Below, one piece after another: positions 10,850 to 25,058 of a stretch of 64,000 bases of DNA (position 1 is the stretch's first letter; the number at the start of each line of letters is the position of its first letter). Source of the stretch: Lobosporangium transversale (lineage: Eukaryota). The position numbers and the translations under genes are program-made. Location: NCBI RefSeq assembly GCF_002105155.1, contig NW_019028995.1, positions 558,001 through 622,000 of the forward strand. Direction: 5' to 3'. Under the pieces are notes generated by a model. That model was not told where the DNA came from. It ran no database searches and saw only the letters and a list, made by a program, of their open reading frames with translations.

Positions 10850-11997
10850 GCTTTTGAGCTGTCAAGTACCAGTACCAAAACTTTATTGTAGTAGAATGAT
10901 CCTTGAGCAATCCTGGTTACACTAGACAGGAAAGTTTCCAAAGGAAAGTGATCTGTGTGAATAGTTATCACAGACACTCTGACAGGCGTTCTGAGATACA
11001 GGTCGCTCAATAGGAGCAGATACGCAGCTCTGACAATGATATAAAAAAACCCGCCAGACCGAGAGAGGGAAAATACAGATGAGGTGATAATAATCAGCCC
11101 ACTGAACGAACTAACGAGATATGAAAAATGATGAAAAAGATAAAAACAACAAAAGCAATGCTCTCCAATGCTATAGTGGATTTAGACGTGTCTGTTAGCA
11201 AGAGACAAAAGAGTGAATGAATGGTACTTGAACAACAAAAAAGGACGATGGTAAGGATGTGGAAGAAAGAGAATGGAGAGCGAGAGAGAGGGAGGAGGGT
11301 GAAGGAAAGGGAAAAAGAGGAAGAGCGCTACGGTGAAAGAGGACAGAGTACCCACTTGTGTTTTTGGATGCTATGGAACGTGCTTGCATGATCTGAATGT
11401 CTGTGTTAATAAAATTGAGTGATTGAGCATTGAGCGGCCATAAGAGGAGGTGCAACCAGTTGTTCAATCTATCAACCCATATATGCGTATTATTATCTTT
11501 CTGTTAGTCTGTTTATTTGTTTGTGTGTTGGTCTAAATGTCAAGAATATATTCTCTTTTCTTTCACACAGACACAAACACTCGTTCTCACAGCCATTGCA
11601 GGGAGTACAAAATATGCATGCTGCTTCCGAAAGTCAAGTCTGAATTTTGTGTGTGTGGGATACATTTAAGAAAGAGACAAATTGCAAACATGGCATTGGC
11701 CACTGGAAGAAAAAGAAAAAAAAAAAAAAAAGCGATGCCAGCCGCAGTACAATAGATGAATGTGGTTATGATGTGGTGCTTGGCCTGAACTGAGCCAGGG
11801 CATGTATTCAGCCCATAAAGGAGATTTGAAACAACAAACGGTAAATGGATATCATGACTTACAAGAGTTTCTGGAACTTGATCCCAAGAACAACCTTCAG
11901 GGCACTAAGTGTCACAGTGCTTGAGGCGAAGTCCGTGAGCAGATTGTGAAACAAGAAATCAAAGTGAATCGCAAATTACAATTACAATGGTCAGTTG

Positions 11998-12029
<32 letters not shown>

Positions 12030-13160
12030 AGAAAGGAAAGGAAAGGAAAGGAAAGGAAAATAATGAGGCCAAAAGATTGTAAGAAATAGAAAAGAAGGCC
12101 ATCGAAGTTGCGTTTTGTGAGCAAAGAATGTGCCACAAGAACAATAGTAGGCATCAAACCATCATACACAATAAATGTGGAAAATATATACATATACCAT
12201 CGAATGAATGGAAGAGAGTGGTACTGAAAAAAAAACTCCCCGGTTCCGTTGAATTCCTTCAAGGCAAATGAATGGTCAATGTGCTTTGTTATTTGGCACG
12301 AGCGAGGAGTTCCAGCGTTTCCAGCAATGTGGATGAAAGAGAGATGCGCGATAGGGAGCATAAACAGCGATCCAGGGGTAAGATGAGAAAGAGACATTAA
12401 TCGGGAACACGCGTGATTCTGGGTAACTGCCTGAACAGTTTTCATTGATTTCAAGGTTGATTGTTGTGCAAAAAAAAAAAAAAAAAAAAAAGAGAGAGAG
12501 AACACACAGGACAAGGGGCTTTAGAGGAAGAAACTTATTTTTCCTGTATTCCTATATGCTTGTTTTCCTGTGTCCCTATGTCTGATTGGTCTGCAGCCCA
12601 TTTCTTTTTTCAAAAAGAGGACAGGTGTCCTAACCCCTTCCTGTGGTTCTCGTTCCGGCTGTTACAGTAGCACACTTTTTTTTGTGGCCCATGCAAAAAA
12701 CAAATGTCAACAGACACACATGGACGCCCTGACATCTTTGATACTCGTTTGAATTTGCATGGCTCTCTCCCATCAAACCAAATCACAGCCTCGTTCCTTA
12801 AAACAGTCTTTTTTGATAGCCATGTCGCTAATACTATTGATATTGCTTGTCATCGTCGCCGATGTTGAGAGATGGATTGACCGATAGATTTGTGGGAAAT
12901 CCATGAACAAAGGATAGTTATTGTCGTCTGAAATTATGTTACTAATAAGAGTAATGAAACTCTAATGTGAACGGGCCAAGTCGAAAAAATGGGTGGAGTT
13001 ATATTGGTTCACTGTTTTCCCTGAATACAAAGGCCTATTTTTTCTTTTTTTCCCATGACATTGCTGCAACATGCATAATGGCCCCTCCTGGTCGACATGT
13101 GAAAGGGTTTTCTTTTATTGGCAAACCATTGATGTGGAGTGGAAAATAGAGTATAGCAGT

Positions 13161-13195
<35 letters not shown>

Positions 13196-14600
13196 GCGGG
13201 GGACAGGAGATTGTAAAGATGTCTATGGCTTCGCACACGAACAAGAGCCGAGGAAATGAACAAAGAGTGCAGGGGAAACAAAAAAGAGAGATGACTGACC
13301 ATTCATTTCGCTCTAATCCGTCTTCCTGAAAACTTGTTTTGTTCGTCTTCAGTACCCGCGCCTTCAAGTTGGTCACTGTTCTTGAATGAAGAATTAGATT
13401 TGGAAGGCCCAAATGTTCAACTGTTCTCCTCACCACAAAGTGACTTTTCCCCATACTCGTCTTCATTCGCCTCTAGACAAGCATTAAAGTCTATAAAACG
13501 CACGATATAAACTCGCTCTATGCTCATGAAAGCATGCTTAATATGGAAAGCTTACAGCTGGAACCGTAATCCCACTAGACACCAGGCAAAATGGGCATTG
13601 CGATCTTCAAATGACATCAAGCCATGCAGGATACTGAGTACCATGCAGCCATCCTACAAGTTCTCATGGCGCTTAGTTCGGCCATTTATCAACAGTTACT
13701 TCAGCAGTCACTTGTGGTATGCATTGCTACATCTGTAATCCCATAACACACTTTGAACAAACCGTCATGAAAAGTGATAGATATTCCGTCAACACCTTAA
13801 AGATGAAGACCCTGTTAACCTGCTGACTTATCATATCTGCGATATAAGTGTCTCTGGCACCAGATAATCGGACACTCCACAAAACATGCGCACAGTCTCA
13901 TAACTGTTAGCTGCTTCGCAAATCCAAGCCCTGCAATCTTGATACTACTTTGGGCATCAAATGTAACGCTGCAGTAGTAATAAACAGATAGGATAAAATG
14001 TCTGAAAGCGATGAAAACGATCCAGTACGAAGTGAGCTATGATACGAATAGCATGATAGCTGTTGGCATTGAGCAAAGCAAGACTTCTTTGATCATCTTG
14101 GATGAACTTGATTTGTTTTATGTTCAGTGAAAGCGATCGTCTCTCTGGAGAAAAGTGGTGGAAATTAGCGGCGACTAATGATGGACTTAGGAAGATCGAG
14201 AATGCAAAGTGAAGTGTTGAGTATGATGAAAGTGCGTACTGATATGTCTGATTCTTTATGCAGATACAGACGAAGCCGGCCACAGAGCTTGTATCACACT
14301 GACCGTCATTGCCAACTCAGATACTTTTCAATCATAACGTGCTTTTACTTCATTAATATGAATAAGCTTCAAGGAGTAAAGGAACAATACGTGGTTTTAG
14401 GGCATGTTCTTAGTTAATCAGCCTGTAAAGAAGTAAAGTTATTTTGGTGCTTGACGCGACAATGCTCGAATGAAAGCCCAACTCCTGTGGCACACCATGT
14501 GTATATTCGAATGCCAGGAACTGGGTGTCTAAAAATTGAAAGTCGGTTCGGTCGGCAGAATTCTATTTATTAGCGTTTGTTAATCCAAATGCCATTGTTG

Positions 14601-14677
14601 TTCATTCATTCATTCATTCATTCATTCATTCATTCATTCATTCATTCATTCATTCATTCATTCATCCATTCATTCAT
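14601..14677. repeat. (CATT)n microsatellite upstream of the acyl-CoA dehydrogenase
   Basis: Tandem TTCA/CATT units read directly. Confidence 0.95.
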
Positions 14678-14749
14678 CCTCGTTCCCCTCAAGCACTCTA
14701 CTTCCTTAAAACACCTCAAAACAACATATATAAGTAATTAAGCGGCATC

Positions 14750-14984
14750 ATGCTCTTTGCTACTGCAGACACAGGCTTTAAGCAGGATGTTCCAGAAGTC
14801 CGGAACACTTTTCTAGAGGACCCAGTTATGGTGTCTATCCTGGAGAGATACTTACCCAAAGACATATTGAACGAGATTACTCCGTGAGTGTTTATGGCAT
14901 ATGCTGTATCATTAACTCAATGATTTACAGTGCGTGCGTTTTTTTCCTAATATTACCTTTTTTTCCTAATATTACCTTTTTACC

Positions 14985-15016
<32 letters not shown>

Positions 15017-16839
15017 ATTTAAAGAGATCTTATTAACATTTGTGAATGGGCCAACACTGGTGAGTTTGCCCGCACTGTTTTACTTGTTTCTCCACAAAAT
15101 TGTTGGACACGCGCTAGGATAAGGTTGTACTCCACAACTTTTCATATATTTAAATGTCTTTCTATATTGCAACATTTTCTTTGATTTGTATAGAGGGGGT
15201 AACACTCACTATCCGGATGGAGGGAGACCAACCAAGACTTCGTCAATATGACTCTTGGTGCAGGTACATCCATTGATTATATCATTCCTGCTATTCTTAT
15301 TTTATTTACTCTTCTATCAGCTATTCTTTTTGGACTTTATTGATGTAGCTTGTTGATGCTCTGGTTCATTGCTTTAGACGTGTCGACGAGCTCTTGGTTA
15401 CGGAGGCTTGGATCAAACAAAAAGAAATTGCGGCTCGTGAAGGAGTCGTTGCAATCGCGTATGAGCGCGTATATGGCCAATATTCTCGAATTTACCAGAT
15501 GGCCAAACTGATGCTATGGACATCTGGCGCCGGTCTTTACAGCTGTCCCATCGCCATGACTGGTAAGGATGTTAATGCAAAAGAAAAAAAAATGAAGTAT
15601 GTTATTCTATTGAGTGATTGACCTTGATCGCCTTTTTTGGTAGACGGTTGCGCACGTGTCATTGAGGTTAATGGGACTCAGGAGATGAAAGATCAAGTTT
15701 TTACACGTCTGATTAGGTAATATTTGTAAAAACCTAACATCATATATCTTTAGTGAATATTATCGACTTACCTTTTCTTTTTTCTCACAGCCGCGACCCT
15801 AAGATATTCATCACTAGCGGGCAGTGGATGACGGAACGTCCAGGAGGAAGCGATGTCGGGCGCACAGAAACTCAGGCAGTTTGGGACGAAAAACGTCAAC
15901 GTTGGTCTATTTCCGGCTTTAAATGGTTTTCCAGTGCTACTGATGCGGATGTGACCATGCTCCTCGCTCGTACTCATGATCCTAAAGCTGCAGACGGGAC
16001 TTCCTCTATGCGTAGCGGAAGTAAAGGCCTATCACTATACCTTGCTAATGTCCGGAATGAGGATGGTAAACTGAATGGTGTTCGTATTCATCGGTTGAAA
16101 GACAAAGTCGGGACTAAGGCCTTGCCTACTGCTGAGCTGGAGTTAGATGGTATGGTTGCTCAACAAGTCGGTGATATGTATCGTGGCGTCAAAAACATTT
16201 CTGCCATTTTGAATATCACCCGTATCTATTGCGGCATGGGTTGCGCTGCTGCCATGCAGAGATTCGTATTAATGGCCAAAGAATATGCGCGTCGACGAGA
16301 GGTATTTCATCGCTTTTTTAAAGAAAAGAAAAGCAAAGTGTACAAAATGTACATGCCATATCCTGAATTAGCAATCATCTTCAATACTGAAGAGTGTTTT
16401 GATCAACAATTCTATTCCTAGGTCTTTGGTGCTCTATTGAAGGATCAACCATTGCATTTGGCCACATTGGCTAGTATGGAGATGCAATATCGTGCCACTA
16501 TCCAGTTTGTCTTTTATTGTGTCGCGATGCTGGGTCGCAATGAATCACTTGACAACAACCTTCCACAAGTCAAGGAACGTGATATTCCGCTCCTGCGTCT
16601 CTTAACTCCTATTTTGAAAGTCTGGGCTGCCAAGAATGCGTTTGCAATGTCTCAGGAGGCAATGGAGTGTTTTGGTGGCCAAGGCTATATGGAGGAAACG
16701 GGTCTCGGACGTGCCATGAGAGATATCTTGGTAAATACGATTTGGGAAGGAACTACCAACGTCCTTTCGCTGGATGTTCTTCGTGTAATGGCTGAAACGG
16801 GAGGTGATGCTTTAAAACTTTACACAGAGGTAACAGTCA

Positions 16840-16876
<37 letters not shown>

Positions 16877-17423
16877 TACTAAATCGTAATAATGTAGTAA
16901 ACCTTTCTTCTAAGGCTTATTAATTCCCATCCTCTGTTTTATATGCGTTGTTTTGTGAATCTCGCCTCCATAGACGGTCCGAAGCATTATCCTCCCCTTG
17001 AAGGAACAGTCTTTATGGGCAAAGTCGGCACAAAGTCTCGAGTCTAGCCTCCAGTTGATCTCTAATCACTTTACAACCTATGCAACACTGGAAACGCGCA
17101 ATTTGCTTGAAGCCTCAGCACGCGGCTTGACGTTTGCAATGGCCGATGTCATCTCTGGCGCACTGTTATGTCAGCATGCTCTTTGGTCTGAGGACAGAGC
17201 AAGAGCAGATAGGCTCAACAAACTTGCCTCAAAGGAGGCAGATATTGACCGTATCACTGCTCAGAGGTGGTGCGAGGGCTTGGATCAAAAACTCAAGTAT
17301 CAGATTGTAGTCTTATGTCATGAAACTAGATATGAGGATGATAAGATGATGTTATTTGGATTGAGTGACGCTAGGGCCTCTCAAAGATCCAATGTTCCTT
17401 CAGCTTTTACTCCCAGATTATAA
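14750..17423 (+). CDS. Acyl-CoA dehydrogenase, AidB-like subfamily (multi-exon)
   Basis: CPIAMTDG, SGQWMTERPGGSDV, GFKWFSSA, RLKDKVGTKALPTAELEL, MECFGGQGYMEE, IWEGTTNVL. ATG at 14750 (MLFATADTGFKQ). Confidence 0.92.
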
Positions 17424-17497
17424 TTCTGTTTTTTTTTTTTTTTTTTTTTTTTGAATAAAAGTTGTTATTTGTATAACTATTTATTCATTGCAACAAC

Positions 17498-18438
17498 CTA
17501 ATCTCTTCTTCTTCCTGGTGGTGGAGGGGGTGGAAGTAATGGAGGAAGTTCTATTTTAAAATCCAAATGAAAAGAAAATATACAGTTCAGGATCATGACG
17601 CCCAACATAGCACTGGAACATTCATACATAAAACAATTTTGATTCATCACTCACCACCATCTTGATTAGTTGCTGCAGTTCTTGGTGGTCGATTACGACG
17701 CGCTGATGATCCAGATCCAGCCCCTGAGCCGCCAGCGATTGTTAAGCTCAACGTTTGTCCTTCTTTAAGCGAAAAATCCAATCTTGGTTGCTGTGCTCCA
17801 GACTTTTTCAATTCTTCTGCTTTCTCCTCAGCTCTTAGTTGTCTGTTAATCCAGGAAGAAGGAGAGAAAGGTTAATTTATAATAGAAAGTGTCCTCGCAC
17901 GGCATTGATACCCTATTGAATACTAATAATTCCACAAGGAGTGAGTCGCCTTACTTGAAATGATCTTGGAGTGCCACGTTAAAATCAAAAGCCTCACTAC
18001 GATCTAAGAATCCGAGGCCAATGAATGCGTGTCGTCCTTGGTCCTCAATCCTCAAGACAAAGTAGCGACTTGAATCTGTGACACTTTCTACACAGCCCTT
18101 ATTTTCCTCATAGGGACACGTGGCAAACAATTCCCCGGTTTTCCCGTCCTCTAGCCGGATAAAACACTTTTTACCCTGAGTAATGATGCGAAGACGTCCT
18201 TTCCAGAGAGGATCTCCTTCGAGATTCCATTCTTGAGCTTTATAACCACGGCTAGAAGATAATGGAGGGATCTTGTAAACTAAATATGTTCATGAAGGAA
18301 CAATAGGTTTTTTTAAAAATAAGCGAGGAAGAACAAGCCCAAATTTGGTTTCACGCTAAAATATCAATAAAAGAGACCATAACATTCTCGGATCACTAAA
18401 AGGACGGATTCGTATTCCTGATTGTCAAATACAGACAT
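17498..18438 (-). CDS. NECAP: Adaptin ear-binding coat-associated protein (PHear domain); absent from the ORF track
   Basis: Manual translation: [26 protein letters not shown]...RGYKAQEW...WKGRLRI...GELFATCPY...[17 protein letters not shown]...[26 protein letters not shown], then a proline-rich C-terminus. Confidence 0.92.
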
Positions 18439-18909
18439 TTGTGTATTATTTAGAGAGAAGGGTTTATTGCCTTGAAGGATGAAGGAATTAACAGAAAAAG
18501 ATCAGTGATGCAGAGATGATGAAGCATGGCGCGCCACGTTTCACAACTATCGAAAAGTATGTGAGAAGAGCTCGCAGTCACTGGGCGCAATGGCTTAAAT
18601 TCATCGCCATCGCGATCATGATTCTCGGTCACCTAGACCATGGTTGACCCATTTTTGTCACGCGTCTAACGTAGTCCAAACATAGCTTTTCCTGTAAAAA
18701 AAAAAAAAAAAAAAAAAAAAAAGCAACATGGAATATATTGAATTCCACGTTGGAAAGGTAGACCTTGAGTACCAGTCACGGTGGTCAGGGTTTATGGAAT
18801 ATTGGATACAACGATTCTGCCGTTTGTGCAGTAATAACTGTTTACTGTCTATGGTCTCTAGGCATTTTGTAGAAAATGAACCCCATGATCTCGAGAATCC
18901 TTGTTATCG

Positions 18910-18943
<34 letters not shown>

Positions 18944-19644
18944 CTGCTCAAGGACCATCATGATTGTTGCAGTTTGAGTAACACATTCGCAAGATAAACA
19001 TTTACAAGCATTCTCTGTTCACAGATTGGCACTAAAAAAAAAGACCATTTTATTGTCATCAACCATGTGATCCGTGCGCTGTTTTCTGGACAGACCGAAC
19101 ATCAATGCAGTCTTTACGCCATTTTTTCTTTTTTGCGGACTATTTCCAGCAATTCTTGGCAAGACAAAGTCTTTTGATGATGAAGATTCTTTTCAGCTCC
19201 CTTGGTTTCAGTCTTTCTAAGGATGCTTTGGATGCTTTCTCAACGAACGCATGTTAGGTCTCGTGGTCAACTTTACTGTGCGTAATGTTTGGAGGCTACG
19301 ACAAGGGAAATCTTTTCCTTACTGGAGCTTCGTTGTTCCGTAGGTTTTTAGAAATGATTTGGGACGCTCAAATTTTGGCCACTGTGCGTCATGTCCATAG
19401 TTTGTTTGGATTACAACTCAGAAACTGAGTGCTTTAAGCACACATCGAGCACGAGGGATTTTTTTTAATCCCTCCCCCCATTCAATAAAACACACGACCC
19501 CATCGATACCTTAATAGCGATCATGATTAAAGAGGCGCAATACCCCATCTCCTTCGATTTTTTTTTTTTTTTTTTTTCACACTTTTTGTTCTGATCTACC
19601 ATCTCAATTACGTCCTATTCCAGCACGCTTTCCCTACTGTACCT

Positions 19645-20097
19645 ATGTCTGAAGTAACTACTCTTTTAGCATGGCTGATACCATTGCTTGTCATTGTCAT
19701 AGCCTTTATTGCCTGGCGCATTTATGTTTATCAGACCCGCGGTCCCATTTTGCCTTCGTACCTCCAGCGTAATATCTTTGCTCGTACACGGAGTTTCCTT
19801 CCAAGGACACTTTCAATTGGATCAAATAAGGATGTTGCAACCACTGTCGCTCCTACAGCCCCTATCAGGAATGAGACCAATATAGACATGTCAGGTCAAC
19901 AGCAACCAATGACATCGGTGTCATCCAGTCAGCCACTTAATTCTCAGTCGTTCGCTCCTTTAGCGCATGAGAAGGAAAATGTGCCTGTCACTCCAGGCAC
20001 TTTGACTGATTCAACTCCTTCTGGCCAAGCAATACCCAATGAGTCCTCTAGAGCACCTCCTTCTCCAGCGATTGAAAGACTGCTAAGCATGAAGTAG
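19645..20097 (+). CDS. Small single-pass membrane protein of unknown function
   Basis: 150-aa ATG ORF with one N-terminal hydrophobic helix followed by a basic stop-transfer segment and an S/P/T-rich tail. Confidence 0.65.
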   Translation: MSEVTTLLAWLIPLLVIVIAFIAWRIYVYQTRGPILPSYLQRNIFARTRSFLPRTLSIGSNKDVATTVAPTAPIRNETNIDMSGQQQPMTSVSSSQPLNSQSFAPLAHEKENVPVTPGTLTDSTPSGQAIPNESSRAPPSPAIERLLSMK

Positions 20098-20515
20098 ATC
20101 GCAACTAATTCTTTGAACACACGTTCTCTATTTGTACTTAATGATATCTTTATATAGTGCATATGATTGCACGCGTCGCAAAACTTTTGTACAATTAAAA
20201 CATTACACTTAGTTAAACAACCATCTATCTCTCATACTCTCTCTCAAACTCTAAAGTTGTTTGCTCCCGCCCAGAACCTCCTTGTAAGGTCCATGATCCG
20301 CTCTCGATTTGGAACGTTATCTAACGTTCCCTTTTTTTTAACTGCAGTTTGTATATCTCATAGACCTTTAAGTCACATGTCAGCAGGGGCTCCTGCTGGT
20401 ACAAACAACGGAAAGGTTAAATGATTCAAAGATAACTTGATAGATTTTACGCCTTTCATTCAAAGGAACCTAATCAAGACATTATTCACTCACGCGACTT
20501 AAACACATTATAAGT

Positions 20516-23500
20516 TTAATGGCCTCCTCCACCAAACAGACTTCCTAAAACTAGAGATGACGCAGACGGCGGAGCTGTCTTTTTACGTAACGAGGCAACC
20601 TCGGCCGGCGAAAGCTGCAGAACTGTTGTAAGGACTGGGAGCAAAGGCTCGCGATCATTGGTTTCAAGGAATTTGAGGACAATGTTCTTAAGATAATCAA
20701 CACTAAGATTCTGTCGTCTTTCTGCCCTATCGAGGTTACGAATTTCCTCCTTTAGAACCTATCAAGTATCAAAAAATCAAAACGCTTTAGCTCAACCGGA
20801 TGCAAAAGAAAACAAGATATCGATATCTGACTCAAAACCTTTGAACAACTGTTGTACATATGGGAAAAGATTCAAGTAAACAGAATACATATACCTTCTC
20901 TTGATCAAGTAGTCGTTGATGATTTGCTTCGCTCTCATTCAGTAATTCAGTCAAGTGCTGAAGCTTGATCTGGTATTCTCTTTCCTTCGTAGTAGACATT
21001 GGAGTTGTTGCTCCAAGGCCTGCTGTGGTATCACTAAATGGAGATCTATCCACTAAGGGCTTTGCGGCCAAGAGATCCGATAGCGTTGCTACAAGAGGGT
21101 AATGCCAACACGTAGTCTTAGCATGGTCACCAAAAAAAAAAAAAAAAAAAAAAAATAGTATTTATACTATTTAAAACATCATGGCGTAATGATCTCAACG
21201 TACAGTATACTGGTGCCCTCTCTGCTGGAAGAGAAAGAGATGACGAAGCTCTAGATATGGGTGATTCCTGCTCATTAAGCGAGAATGAAGACCGTGGACC
21301 AAATGCTGTTGAAATCAAGAGCTGTTGTCCTTGACTTTTACCATCTTGCTCAACGTTGGGCGATGTAACTACGCTGGCATCATTGCTGTTGGTACCATTA
21401 TTGCCTATTTCAGGATTGCTAACAAGGTCCCTCAGCGTCTGGATCTCCTGTTTTGCGGCCGTCAGCTCATCGCTCTGTCGATCAATGATCCTATGTAGCT
21501 CTGCGTTCTCTTCTTCTTTCTTGGTGAGACGCTCCTCAATATATTTTGTATTGCCACCTATTTCTTGCCTCAAGCTCTGTGTTTCTACTGCTCTGAGCTC
21601 TTGCAAAGAGGCGAGGCGCGATTCAGCGGCTTCGCGTTCCAGTTGCGCATCCTTAAGTGACCGCTCTAGATCCTTCAATTGACGTGCATGCTGGCGTTCT
21701 TGACGACGACTTATCTCAATGGACGACTCTAAGCTGGCTATCTGATCCAGAACTACTTGTAGTTCATTCTCCTGTGCTAATCTTCGTCCCTCTGACTCTT
21801 GAAGTTCTTTTGCAATCGATCTGAAAAGTCCAGGTAATTTTTTATGCGCATATCAGTTGTCTGTTCCACATATACTCCCTAATAGTCAATAGTCGTAAAC
21901 TCTCTTACCTGTTGTCTTTTGTAAGATTGTCCAACTGCTCCTGCAATTCTTTCAATCTGCCTACATCATCTGTCTGGACGGATTCACGTTGTTGTTGAAG
22001 TAATAAATTTGCTCGCTGCTTGTACTGCTGATACTCCGTTTTGAGCTTCTCAAGCTGTGTATTCACTTGGCGATTTTTACTCTCCTGGTAGTTATTTTTA
22101 TATTTATTTTTTAAAAAAAAGCATCAGAGATAGTAGAGAATCCTATGGTGATTAATTATCAACTCTCACCTTTTTTATTTTTTCTTCTTACCATTTGCTG
22201 CAATTTTATTGCAGCCACTTCTGATTGGCTCTTAAGTTCTGCCTCTAATTCCTGGATCGCCTCTGTTTTGACAAGCAATGTAATAAATCATTAGCTTTAG
22301 AATGCTATAATAGCAAGACATTGCATTCATTTGGCAGTTTGGCAAATAACATGCTCTACTTTGTCAACACGTACGGGTTTGCTCCACGGTTTGGGATTCT
22401 GAAGACTGCTGGTTCTCCAATTTAGTTTTCAGTTCTGCAATTTCTTCGTCTTTCGCTGCTATTGATTGTCGATATTCATTCAGATTCTTGTTGGCAGCCG
22501 CAAAGATCGCCTTCATCTTTTTCATCTTCTCGTCATGATCTGACTTTTGTTTGCTTAGTTCGGCAGTTCGTTGGCCCAGTTCGTTTTGTAACTGCTCACA
22601 TTGCTTTGTTTTAGCTTCAAGCTGTTGCATCAGATCTTTGAGCGCTTCATCCAACGCATCTGTACCTGATGAATTAGCCTGTAAAACAACTACGTCACCT
22701 GCCTGCTCTCCTCCTGTCTGTTTGAGTGTGAAAGAAGCTGCATCTGACACCTTTTTCCTCGGTAGGTCCTTCTCTTCAGTTTGATCAATTGAAACTACAC
22801 CAAGCGGGTCTTCTAATCTAGTAGTTATCGGTGATGAGTGTCCTTCCATCACATTAAAGGAATCCTTCTCTCCATCTAGTTTGGGTGATAGAAACTCCCC
22901 TGTAGCCTTTTCTTCAAGAGATGCCCTCATTGCTTTAATAACCTGCCTAGCCTCTTGCAGCTCTTCATTTAACGCCTCATTTTCTTCCTTGAGCTGTTCT
23001 GCTGCCTTTTCGATCTGTTTCAGATAAAAATAACATGATTAGTATGATAGAATGCCATCAGTTTTCGTTTATAGTCCAATGGATTGTTTACCCTTTGGTG
23101 AGAAGTACAGAACCGTGTTCCTTATTCCATAGACACTTGCCTCGGATTTTTCCTGATTGGTTTTCTGAAGCAACTTTTGAAATGTTTCAATGTCATTGTG
23201 TGCTTCATCCAATTGCGAAGCAAGTTGTGCGTTACTAGAGTGTGGACTGGGAATGTTTGAGATTAAATTCAAATTAGTATTGAGATTTTGATATTATCGC
23301 TTCAACCCATAAAACCTATGGTAGCCCATACTTTGGCGCGTTTGACCTCGTATTTGGGTTCTTTGGCTAAATAATAGTGAGTATAGATATTTAGTGTATA
23401 TAAATGTGTTGTAGGTATGCAAAAGCAGTAGTTCTCTTTAAAGAAATTGCTACTATTATAAATTTTATTATTGAGCTTGCCTTCCGTGCTGGGTTGCCAG

Positions 23501-23648
23501 CTAAATTTTGTTGCTGTTGCTGAACCGCCAAGGGTGAACCAGGTGGGCGCCTGTTTGTTGCAGGTGACCCTGGTCGGGCTTCCAAGGCTTCACTGGCCAA
23601 GGCTGCAAATGAGGACTCGGAAGCCTTTTTAAGCAGCGTATTGAACAT
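20516..23648 (-). CDS. GRIP-domain golgin (coiled-coil; Imh1/golgin-97-like), multi-exon
   Basis: Long heptad-rich exons. The last exon reads VDYLKNIVLKFLETNDREPLLPVLTTVLQLSPAEV (GRIP), with stop at 20516-20518. Confidence 0.85.
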
Positions 23649-25058
23649 GGGTAAGAGATGGCAGAGACCGAGTCCCGAGAGACAAGCGAGGGTGGATGGG
23701 TTCTAACAGAAACGTTGCTGTAGACGGAGGATGCAATAAAGATGATGGAGAAAGACTGATGCTCATGCATTTCAATCCATCAAATTTGCGTGTCACATGT
23801 CTGTGCGCATGTATTTATTGAGGAATGTCGTCCCAATCAAATCTTTCGCACGGACGACATTGTTAATCGAAGTTGAATGCTTTGGAACTCATAGCGACGC
23901 TTTGAAGTATAAGTGGAGTGGTTAAACCATGATCAATTTGATATGCTAAATCTTTATTTAATTGAGGACCATATTTTGCACCATTTTGTCTGAGTGAGGG
24001 CTGAACAAGATCCCATATTACATTTAGCATTAAACAGACATTGTGGCTCAACGTAAAGACAACGCCTATCTCGCTTCCGATTCTTTATATTATTATTGTT
24101 TGTCTTGGAGCTATTGAAAACACAAAACAAAAAGCGAATCAATTCCAGTTCACACTTAGAGGGGTTGGCATTTATGATCTGTCCGGTAATGTCGACAAGT
24201 GTTATCCTTTTCCTCTCTCACTTCTTTTCTTCACTTAGTTTTCTCATCCATCTGACACACGTTGTTTTTGAATTTCCGTTCCCTTTTTATTTATTTTATT
24301 AACATTTTTGCCTCGGCTCTTCCGCGCTACACACCCACACACGCACTCTTTTAAATATTTCATACATACAGCTTAATAGATACCGATCTCAGACAACTTT
24401 TCTATTTCAAAGGATTTTTTTTTTTAAAAAAAAAAAAAAAAAGATGTACTCATCACGGTGCAGGATGAATATGAAGACGCGTCCTTTGTTAATCGAGTAT
24501 TCATGTGAATCTATGGAACGGTTACGACAAGAGAAGTTGTATGAGCTACCTTCAAGGACACTGCAATGGTGCTTTGCCCCATTAGTATTTGTTATAACTA
24601 TGGCATGTAAAACGCTCTTTCTCGCCACCATACTGTGTCCGAGCTTGAAAACATCTGTCATTCTTCGTGTTAATACATCATTTTTGAGCGCTTGCGACAT
24701 GGCTGTTTTTTCGCCCATCATATCAGAGGCAGGAATTAAACGAATATTTGGGTGATATATAAAGTTGGGGAATCCACCTTTCTTTAACTATTCTTTTCGA
24801 TACAATTCTTCAGAGAGGGGGAAAAAAAGCTTCTTGACCAGAGAGATCAAAAGTACACCGCGTGAACTGATTGAAAATGTGTATCATTGACATTGCTGAT
24901 ATAATGCTCTCCATTCCATTCACAAGAACACTCTTGACTTTTTTACTTTCCTTCAACGCACTTTTTTAATTTTTATTTTTATTTTTATTTTTTGCTTTTT
25001 GTCTTACATTCCTTTCCCGCAAGCTCTAACCTCTAAAAGAAAACTTTCCACTTATTAG

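Noticed and set aside
10850..14600. Short ORFs and a possible decayed element upstream of the homeobox gene
   Set aside because: The ORFs are dominated by homopolymer-derived K/F runs. I recognised no domain, terminal repeat or splice pattern.
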